From Mycoplasma sp. CAG:956 (GTDB taxonomy: Bacteria > Bacillota_I > Bacilli_A > RF39 > UBA660), in assembly GCA_000433475.1 (NCBI GenBank), contig HF993109.1, positions 133,712 to 197,711 on the forward strand: DNA of 64,000 bases, in the 5' to 3' direction. Below are positions 1 to 9,459 of this stretch, piece by piece (the stretch's first letter is position 1; each line of letters opens with the position of its first letter). A program made the translations under genes and the position numbers. Below the pieces are notes generated by a model. It made no database searches. It had not been told where the DNA came from and saw only the letters and a list, made by a program, of their open reading frames with translations.

Positions 1-1
1 T

Positions 2-853
2 TCATATAAAAGTGATGGTACTTTAGATGAAATGTATGAAAGAATATCAATGCTAGATGACGGTGAGAAAAAGGCCAAAGCCTTCTCTAAATATGAGCAA
101 TTATGTCGCAGTGTTGAACAAAGTCAAGGCATTGAAAAAATACTTGGTGATAATTTAAGTCAAGACGGTAAGTATGTTGTTTTCTTACCCGTTGGTCGCA
201 AAAAAGATGGTACCTATTATAATAGTGAAGATGGTAGTAAAATAAGTAGACAACAGGCTGTTTTAATAATGGAAGATTATACTATTTTAATTAGACAATA
301 TTTATATTCCAATGAGTATATGAAAATTCATGGTGATAAGTTATTATCTATTTATGAAAAGATTACTAAAAAACAAGAGTTATCTAAATATGTTGTTTTC
401 TTACCAGTTAGACGTAAAAAAGATGGAAGTTATTATAATAGTGAAGATGGAAGTAAAGTAAGCAAACAACAGGCTGTTTTAATAATGGAAGATTATACTA
501 TTTTAATTAGACAATATTTATATTCTAATGAGTATATGAAGATACATGGTGATAAGTTATTATCTATTTATAATAAAATCATTGCGAAACAAGAACTATC
601 TAGTGAAGATAAAGACTTCTTAAATAAAGAACAAGATAACATTATGTTACTAGATATGGTTAAAATTAAACATAAACCAGCCGTCTTAAATACCTTCAAT
701 AGTACTATAGTAAGTGTGATTGCTAGACACCAAGATTGGGAAAAATTAGATAAAAAAACTCTAAAGATAAGAATAGAAGCCAAGACTTCTGATATGGTTG
801 ATACAAACTCGCTTCTAAGTTACTATAGTAATAGTAAAAATGTTATCTACTGA
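2..853 (+). CDS. 5'-partial N-terminal part of a large tandem-repeat protein, terminated 4 codons after a frame-shifting 247-bp duplication (continues as ORF 840..4355 if one repeat copy is removed)
   Basis: Reading frame is open from window start; contains a 2x74-aa in-frame repeat; last 82 aa are re-encoded in another frame at start of next ORF. Confidence 0.5.
   Translation, partial: SYKSDGTLDEMYERISMLDDGEKKAKAFSKYEQLCRSVEQSQGIEKILGDNLSQDGKYVVFLPVGRKKDGTYYNSEDGSKISRQQAVLIMEDYTILIRQYLYSNEYMKIHGDKLLSIYEKITKKQELSKYVVFLPVRRKKDGSYYNSEDGSKVSKQQAVLIMEDYTILIRQYLYSNEYMKIHGDKLLSIYNKIIAKQELSSEDKDFLNKEQDNIMLLDMVKIKHKPAVLNTFNSTIVSVIARHQDWEKLDKKTLKIRIEAKTSDMVDTNSLLSYYSNSKNVIY
165..608 (+). repeat. 2 x 222-bp in-frame tandem repeat (74-aa unit KYVVFLPV.RKKDG.YYNSEDGSK.S.QQAVLIMEDYTILIRQYLYSNEYMKIHGDKLLSIY)
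   Basis: Direct comparison of nt 165-386 with 387-608; >90 percent identical. Confidence 0.8.
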
Positions 854-1088
854 AGATAAAGATTTCTTAAACAAAGAACAAGATAATATTATGTTACTAG
901 ATATGGTTAAAATTAAACATAAACCTGCCGTCTTAAATACATTCAACAGTACCATAGTAAGTGTGATTGCTAGACACCAAGATTGGGAAAAACTGGATAA
1001 AAAAACTCTAAAGATAAGAATGGAAGCCAAGACTTCCAATATGGTTGATACAAACTCGCTTCTAAGTTACTATAGTAATAGTAAAAAT
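602..1088 (+). repeat. 2 x 247-bp tandem duplication (unit length not divisible by 3) spanning the ORF1/ORF2 junction
   Basis: nt 605-841 and 852-1088 encode the same 80 aa (SEDKDFLNKEQDN...LLSYYSNSKN) in two different frames; ~93 percent nt identity; copy offset 247 nt. Confidence 0.85.
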
Positions 1089-4000
1089 AAATATGAATTA
1101 GCCGAATTTAATAAAGAAACTAATGGTAAACCTAAGTTGTTATTTGTTATGGATAAATTAAACGAAGGAGCCCATTTAAAAGGAGTAAAGGGTATTGTCT
1201 GGTTACGTCCATTAAGTGTTGATTCAAGAATACTATTCTATCAACAGTTAGGTAGATGTATTCATTCTTATCCTGATGGTCATATATTTACCGAAGAAGA
1301 ACGCCCAATAGTAATGGATTTAGTTAATAATATAAATACCGTTAACTTAAAAAGAAATCAATCTCCAATAAATGATTTAGAAGATTTGAAAACTATTATA
1401 GCTTGGATAAATGATAATGGTGGTAAACTTCCTAATAAGAATAGTAATATTTTAGAAGAAAAGAATTATGGTTTAAAATTAGATGTAATTTTATATCGCT
1501 ATATTAAATATTTTAATAATCAAGAAGAATTAAATAGCGTAAAAAATAAAAAAGTAATAGAGGAAATCTTAAGATTAGGTTCCCTAATTGACTTATGGAA
1601 TATCAAAATAGACGAACCGACAAGACAAAGAAAAGAAAAAGAATCAGAAAGAGATGAAGAAAAATTTTTACAAGGATTTTTACAAGTCGAAAGTTCATTC
1701 CGTGATTTTGTTGATTCAAAAGAAGAAATAGATGAGTTGGCATCGCCTGAGTCTACTTTCGATAAGATATTTAATTATTTGACTATTTTAAAAAATCAAG
1801 GGGTTGACATAAATAGTATTAGTAAGTGTGATAAATTGAAGGTAATTAAAACTGATGGTAATTATTTTCTTCAAATAATAAAAAATAAAAGAAAAAAAGG
1901 AAATGGTAAAACAGTTATTATAAATGAAGAAGAATATAAGGAACCGAGCTTAATTTGGATAGGAAGCTATGTCTATGCCTTTAGACAAGGAAAAAATAAT
2001 AAGGATTCAAAAAGTCCAGACTTAGAGGCTGACCAAATTAGTAGATTAAAGACTTTGAATTTCATTTTTGATTGGGAAGTAGATCCTATATTGAATCCAA
2101 GAAGTTTTGAAGATTATATCTTACTCTTAAAAGAGATGCAAAATTCTAAAGATAAGACTGGATATGATATAAACAATATTAAATTTTTAGAAGTAGTAAG
2201 AATATCAAAAATAAATGGTGAGTATGAGTTTGAATATTTTGCTAATAGAGAAGAAGCAAGAAAAAAATATGGCGAAGATGAAGAAATAATTGGAATAGGA
2301 CGCATTATTAATTGCTTTAAAAGAGGAAAAAATATAAATGAAAAAGATTTAACTGCTGAACAGATAAACGAGTTAAGAAATACTGGTTTAATGGTTGTAA
2401 CTGAAAAAGAAAGAGACCATATAATGATGCCCAAAAATTTTGATGATTATGTTAAAGTTTTACAGGCTTTGCAAAATGCTAAAGATAAGACAGGTTGTGA
2501 TATAAATAATATTAAATTTTTAGAGGTAGTAAGAATAATCAAAATAAATGATGAGTATGAGTTTGAATATTTTGCTAATAGAGAAGAAGCAAGAAAAAAA
2601 CATGGTGAAGATGTAGAAATAATTGGGGTAGGCGATGTTATTTATTGGTTCAAAAAAGGAAAAAGCCGTAGTGGAAAAGATTTAACTGTTGAACAGATAA
2701 ATTGGTTAAGAGATATTGGCTTGATGGTTGTAACTGAAAAAGAAAGAGACCCTATAATGAAACCCCAAAATTTTGAAGATTATGTCTTACTCTTAAAAGA
2801 GATGCAAAATTCCAAAGATAAGATTGACCGTGATATAAATGATATTAATAAGAGAAAAGTAGTAAGAATAACCAAAATAAACGATGGGTATGAATTTGAA
2901 TATTTTGCTAATAAAGAAGAAGCAAGAAAAAAATATGGCGAAGACGAAGAAATAATTGGAATAGGAGTAGTTATTAATTATTTTAAAAGAGGAAAAAGCA
3001 GTAGTGGTCAAAAAGATTTAACTACTGAACAGATAAAGCAGTTAAGAGATATTGGCTTGATGGTTGTAACTGAAAAAGAAAGAGATTCTATAATGAAGCC
3101 AAAATATTTTGAAGATTATGTCTTACTTTTAAAAGAAATGCAAAATACCAAAGATAAGACAAGTCGTGATATAAATAGTATTAAATTTTCAGAAGTAGTG
3201 AAAATAACAAAAATAAATGATGATTATGAATTTGAATATTTTGCTAATAGAGAAGAAGCCAGAAAAAAATATGGTAACGATGTAGAAATAATTGGAATAG
3301 GCCTAATTATTTATTGCTTTAAAAGAGGAAAAAGCAGTAGTGGTAAAAAAGATTTAACTGTTGAGCAGATAAAGCAGTTAAGAGATACTGGCTTGATGGT
3401 TGTAACAGAAAACGAAAGAGACCCTCTAATAGAGCCTAAAAGTTTTGATGACTACCTTCTGCTTTTAAAAGAAATGAAAAAGTTCAGAGATAAGACAGGT
3501 CGTGATATAAATGATTTTAAACCAAAAGAAGTAGTGAAAATAACAAAAATAAATGATGAGTATGAGTTTGAATATTTTGCTAATAGTGAAGAAGCAAGAA
3601 AAAAATATGGTGAAGATGTAGAAATAATTGGAATAGGCCTAATTATTTATTGGCTTAAAAAAGGAAAACTTAGCAATCGCGGAAGAGATTTAACTGTTGA
3701 GCAGATAGAAGGGTTAAGAGATATTGGTCTAAGGGTTGTAACCGAAAAAGAAAGAGACACTATAATGGAGCCTAAAAGTTTTGAAGATTATGTTGAACTT
3801 TTAAAAGAATTACAAGAAAATAAAATTGACATCAATGTAATTAAAGTCACAGATAAAATAAGAATTATAAAAAATGATATCGGTTATGATTTTCAAATTG
3901 TTCATAAAAGCAAAGTAATGGTAAATGGTAAAACGACAATTGCTAATAAAGAAGCATATTTTCAGAATGATTTAATGGCGATAGGGATAAAAATTAATCA

Positions 4001-4355
4001 CTTAAGGAAAGGCAAATATTCTGATAAAACATACCTAACCATAGACCAAATGAAAATATTATTAAGCATAGGCTTTAAATTTAATAAAGGAATAGAAGAT
4101 AAAATATATAAACAAGAAATATGTAAGAATCATAATATTGATTTAAAAATAAATGATAAAATAATTGAAAGAATATCAAAAATAGAATTAATAAGTAAGA
4201 TTAACTTTTTAGAAGCAAGTAATTTAGAACTAGTAGATAATGCCGGTAAACTAATAGATATATTTAGTATGAGTAGTATTGATATTCAAGATAACTATGG
4301 TATATCTTTAGAGTCTATAATAAATACTTATGGAAAAGGAGAAACGAGAAAATGA
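840..4355 (+). CDS. Giant HA-like tandem-repeat protein (1171 aa), no signal peptide, conserved family C-terminal module
   Basis: ATG start; ~7 tandem ~112-aa modules (..P.SFEDY..LLKEMQN.KDKTG.DIN.IKF.EVV.I.KIN.EYEFEYFANREEARKKYGEDEEIIGIG.II..FKRGK....KDLT.EQI..LR..GLMVVTEKERD); second half of module resembles HA domain; C-terminus ...ISKIELISKINFL...GKLIDIFSMSSIDI..NYGISLESIINTYG shared with three neighbours. Confidence 0.75.
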   Translation: MLSTEDKDFLNKEQDNIMLLDMVKIKHKPAVLNTFNSTIVSVIARHQDWEKLDKKTLKIRMEAKTSNMVDTNSLLSYYSNSKNKYELAEFNKETNGKPKLLFVMDKLNEGAHLKGVKGIVWLRPLSVDSRILFYQQLGRCIHSYPDGHIFTEEERPIVMDLVNNINTVNLKRNQSPINDLEDLKTIIAWINDNGGKLPNKNSNILEEKNYGLKLDVILYRYIKYFNNQEELNSVKNKKVIEEILRLGSLIDLWNIKIDEPTRQRKEKESERDEEKFLQGFLQVESSFRDFVDSKEEIDELASPESTFDKIFNYLTILKNQGVDINSISKCDKLKVIKTDGNYFLQIIKNKRKKGNGKTVIINEEEYKEPSLIWIGSYVYAFRQGKNNKDSKSPDLEADQISRLKTLNFIFDWEVDPILNPRSFEDYILLLKEMQNSKDKTGYDINNIKFLEVVRISKINGEYEFEYFANREEARKKYGEDEEIIGIGRIINCFKRGKNINEKDLTAEQINELRNTGLMVVTEKERDHIMMPKNFDDYVKVLQALQNAKDKTGCDINNIKFLEVVRIIKINDEYEFEYFANREEARKKHGEDVEIIGVGDVIYWFKKGKSRSGKDLTVEQINWLRDIGLMVVTEKERDPIMKPQNFEDYVLLLKEMQNSKDKIDRDINDINKRKVVRITKINDGYEFEYFANKEEARKKYGEDEEIIGIGVVINYFKRGKSSSGQKDLTTEQIKQLRDIGLMVVTEKERDSIMKPKYFEDYVLLLKEMQNTKDKTSRDINSIKFSEVVKITKINDDYEFEYFANREEARKKYGNDVEIIGIGLIIYCFKRGKSSSGKKDLTVEQIKQLRDTGLMVVTENERDPLIEPKSFDDYLLLLKEMKKFRDKTGRDINDFKPKEVVKITKINDEYEFEYFANSEEARKKYGEDVEIIGIGLIIYWLKKGKLSNRGRDLTVEQIEGLRDIGLRVVTEKERDTIMEPKSFEDYVELLKELQENKIDINVIKVTDKIRIIKNDIGYDFQIVHKSKVMVNGKTTIANKEAYFQNDLMAIGIKINHLRKGKYSDKTYLTIDQMKILLSIGFKFNKGIEDKIYKQEICKNHNIDLKINDKIIERISKIELISKINFLEASNLELVDNAGKLIDIFSMSSIDIQDNYGISLESIINTYGKGETRK
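1750..4100 (+). repeat. Array of ~7 tandem 333-339-bp (111-113-aa) coding repeats; five central copies (approx 2088-3771) near-identical, flanking copies degenerate
   Basis: Repeat starts at ~2088, 2421, 2754, 3090, 3426, 3772 read directly from sequence. Confidence 0.85.
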
Positions 4356-4672
4356 TATTTGATAAATACTTAAATGATACTTATTTAGATATCTTATATA
4401 GTAATTATAATTTAGATTATTTAAAATCAATTGATCCTAATAACTTTGTTGAAATATATAACTTACTTAAAAATAAAGGCTTCTATTTTATAGAAGATAT
4501 TATAATTAATTATATAGATATTTTTGAGTTAGATAGTTATTACTTAAATAAAGTTTTAACTTACTTAGAAAGTAAAATGGGTAAAGATTATATTAAAAGA
4601 ATTGGTCTTAATATGACTATTTTAGATAAAATAATCGATACTACAATAAATCTAGAAATGAAAGAAGACTAG
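4352..4672 (+). CDS. Small hypothetical protein (106 aa) translationally coupled (ATGA overlap) to the giant repeat gene
   Basis: ATG overlaps TGA stop of upstream gene; GGAG ~10 nt upstream; no recognisable motif. Confidence 0.45.
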   Translation: MIFDKYLNDTYLDILYSNYNLDYLKSIDPNNFVEIYNLLKNKGFYFIEDIIINYIDIFELDSYYLNKVLTYLESKMGKDYIKRIGLNMTILDKIIDTTINLEMKED

Positions 4673-4939
4673 CAAGTAACTAAACTGTTAAAGAAATTTA
4701 GCAGTTTTTTGCAAATATCAGTCACATGAAGAATATTTAAAAAAATTGTAAAAAGATCAAATTTAATCGTTGACGTGTTATGATAACAATAGGCATTAGA
4801 ACAAAAAAATATAATGTAATAGTGTTTTTGAAGAAAAATTAAATAAAACTTTGATGTGTAGAAGGTCAAAAGAACCATTACAAAGGAATGCTTAATTTAG
4901 ATGTGCATTTTGTATTTAGGTTACTTGTATAATGTAGTT

Positions 4940-5180
4940 AAGATATTTCTTAACTATATTTTTATATGTATACCTTGCAAACTTCATATTATAAATAACA
5001 TAATAACTTACTGATACTATATCGTCATAAAACTAAAAATTGTATTAAAATTGGTATTTGGCTTTCTAAACAACGTCACTTATTTTATCAAAATAAATTA
5101 ACCCCTAATAAAATAATATCTTTAAAAAACATTGGCATGGTTTAGAATATTAAAACCTATAAAGAAATATCTAGATATCT
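4940..5180 (+). pseudogene. Decayed HA-domain repeat fragment
   Basis: Translation ...HNNLLILYRHKTKNCIKIGIWLSKQRHLFYQNKLTPNKIISLKNIGMV* matches HA consensus (HG.L.IP..Y.T.DG..LG.WL..QR..Y....L....I..L..IGMVW) but with in-frame stop (TAG in place of the TGG Trp codon), no start, flanking AT-rich decay. Confidence 0.5.
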
Positions 5181-5378
5181 AAATACCAAAGAAAATTCAT
5201 GCCAACCTATAATAATTGCTAAAAATATTAATGCTTCTATAAAAATTCTAATTCTAAGAGTCTAAATTTTACTAAAAAACATTAAAATAATAAAATTTAC
5301 TATTATTAAATTAATTTTATGCTTCCAATTCTTAAATAATGTGGTATTATAAAACAACCTCAAGAAAGGAAAAAAAAT

Positions 5379-6530
5379 ATGCCTAAAATTAATCAACCAG
5401 CCTCTAAAATCAGAATGTCATTTGATGAATGGTTTCCTGTAGCCCAAAAATATTATCAAGAACATAAAAATCTCTTAGTACCCCTAGATTATGAAACTAA
5501 AGATGGTAAAAAGTTAGGAAAATGGATAGCCAGTAAAAGAAAAGATTATGCTAATAATTTATTATCCTTAGAAAAAATTAAGGCTTTAGATAGTATTGGT
5601 ATGGTTTGGAGTATCAACGAAAAGAAATGGAATGATATGTTTAATCTTTTAATAGAGTACAAAAATATCCATGGTAATTTAGATATATCATCTTCATATG
5701 TAACCTTAAGTTGTGTAACTTTAGGCATTTGGCTAAGAGAACAACAAAATTCCTATCTTAGGGGTACCCTAAAAGAAGAAAGACAAGAAAAGTTAGAAAG
5801 TATTGGCATTATTTGGCAAACCAATGAAACAAAATGGTATGAAATGTATAAATATGCTAAAGAATATCAAAAAGAACATGGCACTTTAATAACTACCAAG
5901 AATTATATTACTCCAAATGGTAAGTCTCTAACTGAATGGTTACAAGCCCAACGTAGTGGCTACCACAAGAAAACATTAAAACCCGAAAGAATAAAACTTC
6001 TTGAAGCCATTGGCATGGTCTGGAGTATAAATCAAAGTTATACTTGGCATGATATGTATTTACTTGCCCAAGAATATCAAAAAGAACATGGCAATCTAAT
6101 TATTCCTAGAAATTATAAAAGTAAAAATGGCTTAAATTTAGGCTACTGGCTTTATAAAGAAAAACTAAAATATCGTCAAGGAAAATTAGCACCAGAAAAA
6201 ATTATTGCCTTAGAACACATTGGTATCGTTTGGACTAACAAAATTAATCATGACATTTCTAAATATTTAAGAAAACTAAAAGAATCTGACAATCCAATTA
6301 TTATCGATGAAAAAATTAATGCGGATATTTTAAATAATATTTCTTTAATCGAATTAGAAAGTAAAATTAAATATATAACCGATATGGGAGCCCTACCAAT
6401 AGATAACACTGGTCGTTTAATAGATATATTTACTATAAGTAATACTGATATGGAAGAAAGATACGGCATATCTTTAGAAGCCATGATTGAATCATTTGAA
6501 GTAAGCAGTGCTAGAAAACTATATTATTAA
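5379..6530 (+). CDS. HA (helicase-associated) domain repeat protein, 5 tandem HA repeats plus family C-terminal module
   Basis: RBS AAAGGA; repeats of W..(F/Y)....Y...H.NLLVP..Y.T.DGK.LG.WI...R..Y....L..E.I..L.SIGMVW; C-term ...NISLIELESKIKYI...G.LIDIFTISNTDMEERYGISLEAMIESF. Confidence 0.75.
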   Translation: MPKINQPASKIRMSFDEWFPVAQKYYQEHKNLLVPLDYETKDGKKLGKWIASKRKDYANNLLSLEKIKALDSIGMVWSINEKKWNDMFNLLIEYKNIHGNLDISSSYVTLSCVTLGIWLREQQNSYLRGTLKEERQEKLESIGIIWQTNETKWYEMYKYAKEYQKEHGTLITTKNYITPNGKSLTEWLQAQRSGYHKKTLKPERIKLLEAIGMVWSINQSYTWHDMYLLAQEYQKEHGNLIIPRNYKSKNGLNLGYWLYKEKLKYRQGKLAPEKIIALEHIGIVWTNKINHDISKYLRKLKESDNPIIIDEKINADILNNISLIELESKIKYITDMGALPIDNTGRLIDIFTISNTDMEERYGISLEAMIESFEVSSARKLYY

Positions 6531-6547
6531 TATAACAATCGAATTAG

Positions 6548-6667
6548 AAAGAAAAACGTAATGATAACATTTTAAAATGCTTATTCCTAGTAGATAAGCA
6601 AGGCAAATTAATAGACATATTCAGTATGTCAAATTATGAAACCAAAGAAAAATACGGTGTTAGATAA
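6548..6667 (+). pseudogene. Remnant of the family C-terminal module (decayed partial duplicate of 6340-6500)
   Basis: Encodes ...LVDKQGKLIDIFSMSNYETKEKYGVR* with no start codon; preceded at 6533-6560 by a near-copy of the ...aatcgaattagaaag... segment found inside the upstream gene. Confidence 0.45.
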
Positions 6668-6734
6668 TATAAGAAAATATTATCTATAATGGCATTAATA
6701 TATAATTTATAAATTAAATAGGAAGTGACAAAAC

Positions 6735-9359
6735 ATGAATGAATTATTTAATATGACTAATTGTTATACAGATACTGACTATTATTATTTTTATCAAGAT
6801 TTAAATAAAGATAATAAGTTTAATTTTTCTGTTTATAATAATCATACTTTAAAAGACTTACTAAAAATAGTAGAAACTAAATATGGTAAAGATACCAGTT
6901 GTCTTTCTCTAAATGTTTTAACCAATGTTAGTTTAATCTATGGCAGTAATGACTTTATAAAAAAATATATTATAGTTAAAATACCAAAAGTAATTTTAAA
7001 ACAAAAAAAGTTTAAGGAAATAGTAAAAAATATTAATTATTATTTTAATGACGATCAAAAACAAATATTATTTAAAATATATCCCAAAGAAAAAATAAAA
7101 CAAGAATATGATCATTTTTTAAATCCTCAAAATTTTCTAGACTATGCTAATATTTTAAAAAAATTACAAGAAGCTGGATACGACTTAAATGACATAAAAT
7201 TTGATAGTAAATTAAAAGTTGAAAAAGTAAATGATAGTTATAAATTTACTATTATTAGAAAAAAATTAAAAAAAGTAGGTCAAGTTTATGTTATAGATAA
7301 TAAAACTGAGTATAATGATCCTAATCTAATTAAAATAGGTCGCAAATTATATTATTATGAAAAGGGTAAGAAGTACCAATTTGAAGAAAGCATAGATTTA
7401 AATGCCGAAGAAATAAAAACACTACGTGATATTGGATTATATGTTATTTCAGAAAAAAATAGAGATCATATTTTATACCCTAAAAATTTTGAAGATTATT
7501 TTAATCTTTTGAAAAAATTACAAGAATCAGGTATTGATATTAATAGCATTATAGCTAGTGATAATTTAAGAATAATAAAATTTAATAACATTTACAAGTT
7601 TGAAGTAATAAAGAAAAATGTCAAAAAAGCTAAAGATGATAGTAATAACACTTTAAATAACCTAGAATCCAATCAAGTAAACATAATAAAAATTGGTAAA
7701 AAAGTTACTGCTTTTAGAAAAGGTAAAAATTCCGTTGCCACCGATAGTGAACCTTTAAGTGATGATAATTTAGAAAATCTGCAAAGCATTGGCTTTAATA
7801 CCCCTTATCTAAAAAGATTAGAAAGAGAAATAAATCCTAAAACTTTTACTGATTATTTTAATCTTTTAAAAAAATTACAAAATTATGGTGTTGATATAAA
7901 TAAAATAACTAGTAATGATAAAGTAAAAGTTATCAAAATAAATAATGATTTTAGCTTTAAAATTATAAAAAGAATAGTAAAAACAGATAAACAAGGTCAA
8001 AAAATCACAATAAATAGCGATGAATATTATAAAGAAGACCTAATACCAATAGGCTATAAAGTAGTGGCCTTTAAAAAAGCCAAACAAGGTCCCGATAAAG
8101 ATAGTCCTTATCTTACCGAAGAAGAAATTAAAAAATTACAAAGTATTGGTTTAGAAGTAATAAAAGAAAGAGATATAATTTTAAATCCTAAAAGTTTCCT
8201 TGATTATATGGCTATTTTAAAAAAACTCCAAGAAGATGGTTACAATCTTAATGATATCTATTTTACCGATAAGTTAAAAATAACTAAAGAATCAAATAAA
8301 TATAAGTTAGAAATTATAAAAGAAGACTCTAAAGAATATAAAATACCAGGTTTAATGACCATCGGTCAAAAACTATATTGTTTTAAAAGAGGAAAATATA
8401 ATAATAGTCCTAGTAGTAGAGATTTAACCCCAGATGAAATAGCTATTTTAAATACCTTAGGTTTTAAATTAGCTATTGAAGAAAAAAAATCCATTGATTA
8501 TATTGAATTATTAAAAAGATTAAAAGAATCTGGTTATGATATAAATAAGATTAAATATTATGATAAAGTAAAAATAACTAAAAATAATCATGAATTTAAA
8601 TTAGAAATTATAAATGAAAATGATCCATTATATAACCAACCAAATTTAATATTAATCGGACCACACGTTTTATCTTTTAAAAAAGGAAAAAAATTTCAAT
8701 ATTCAGGACCAACTGATTTGAGTTCTGATGAAATAACTAGATTACAGAATATCGGTTTAGTAATATTAAATGATCATGTATTGTATCCGCAAAGTTTTAA
8801 TGATTATTTTAATATTTTAAAACTTTTACATGAGTCTGGTTATAATATAATGGATATCAAGACTACCAGTCGCCTTAAAGTAACAAAAGAAAATGGTAAA
8901 TATTTCTTTAAAATTATTAACAAGGAAGATCAAGAATGGCAAAATAAAGATTTAATTTTTATTGGTCGTAAAGTAAAATCTTTTGAAAGTGGTAAAAATT
9001 CTCCTGGTAATCACTCTAGTTATTTAACTGTAGTAGAAATAAATAATCTCCTTAGTATTGGTTTTACTTTTAAAAAGAAAATCGAAGACATTATTTATAA
9101 AAGAGAAATATGTAAAACTTTTAATATCGATATAAAATTAAATCAAGAAATAATAGATAGAATATCTAAATTGGAATTAATAAGTAAAATTAAATATTTA
9201 ATTAAAGAAAAGAATATGCCTATATTAGATAATAATGGTAATTTAGTAGATATTTTTACCATGAGTAGTCTCGATATAGAAGAAAAATATGGCATATCTT
9301 TAGATACTATAATTTCTACTTATGGTTATAAGCAAGTAAAAAAGTTAAATTTAATATAA
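6735..9359 (+). CDS. HA-like tandem-repeat protein (874 aa), ~7 divergent ~110-aa modules, family C-terminal module
   Basis: Modules .NP..F.DY..LLKKLQE.G.D.N.I......K..K.N..Y.F.II.K.......I.....Y.....I.IG.K...F.KGK........L...EI..L..IG; C-term ICKTFNIDIKLNQEIIDRISKLELISKIKYL...NGNLVDIFTMSSLDIEEKYGISLDTIISTYG. Confidence 0.7.
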   Translation: MNELFNMTNCYTDTDYYYFYQDLNKDNKFNFSVYNNHTLKDLLKIVETKYGKDTSCLSLNVLTNVSLIYGSNDFIKKYIIVKIPKVILKQKKFKEIVKNINYYFNDDQKQILFKIYPKEKIKQEYDHFLNPQNFLDYANILKKLQEAGYDLNDIKFDSKLKVEKVNDSYKFTIIRKKLKKVGQVYVIDNKTEYNDPNLIKIGRKLYYYEKGKKYQFEESIDLNAEEIKTLRDIGLYVISEKNRDHILYPKNFEDYFNLLKKLQESGIDINSIIASDNLRIIKFNNIYKFEVIKKNVKKAKDDSNNTLNNLESNQVNIIKIGKKVTAFRKGKNSVATDSEPLSDDNLENLQSIGFNTPYLKRLEREINPKTFTDYFNLLKKLQNYGVDINKITSNDKVKVIKINNDFSFKIIKRIVKTDKQGQKITINSDEYYKEDLIPIGYKVVAFKKAKQGPDKDSPYLTEEEIKKLQSIGLEVIKERDIILNPKSFLDYMAILKKLQEDGYNLNDIYFTDKLKITKESNKYKLEIIKEDSKEYKIPGLMTIGQKLYCFKRGKYNNSPSSRDLTPDEIAILNTLGFKLAIEEKKSIDYIELLKRLKESGYDINKIKYYDKVKITKNNHEFKLEIINENDPLYNQPNLILIGPHVLSFKKGKKFQYSGPTDLSSDEITRLQNIGLVILNDHVLYPQSFNDYFNILKLLHESGYNIMDIKTTSRLKVTKENGKYFFKIINKEDQEWQNKDLIFIGRKVKSFESGKNSPGNHSSYLTVVEINNLLSIGFTFKKKIEDIIYKREICKTFNIDIKLNQEIIDRISKLELISKIKYLIKEKNMPILDNNGNLVDIFTMSSLDIEEKYGISLDTIISTYGYKQVKKLNLI

Positions 9360-9459
9360 AATAAAATACTATTAAGAAAAAACACTTAATAGTATTTTTA
9401 ATATTGCTAAATTTAAAAAAAGTAGTATAGTATAGAAAATTAATTAAAAAGGGGATTTT

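Noticed and set aside
568-1039. Minus-strand ORFs 568..783 and 815..1039
   Set aside because: They are antisense to clearly coding repeat sequence on the plus strand. They form a duplicated pair only because they mirror the 247-bp duplication. No RBS is present.
2114-3011. Minus-strand ORFs 2114..2434 and 2793..3011
   Set aside because: These are antisense shadows inside the near-identical coding repeats of the giant gene.
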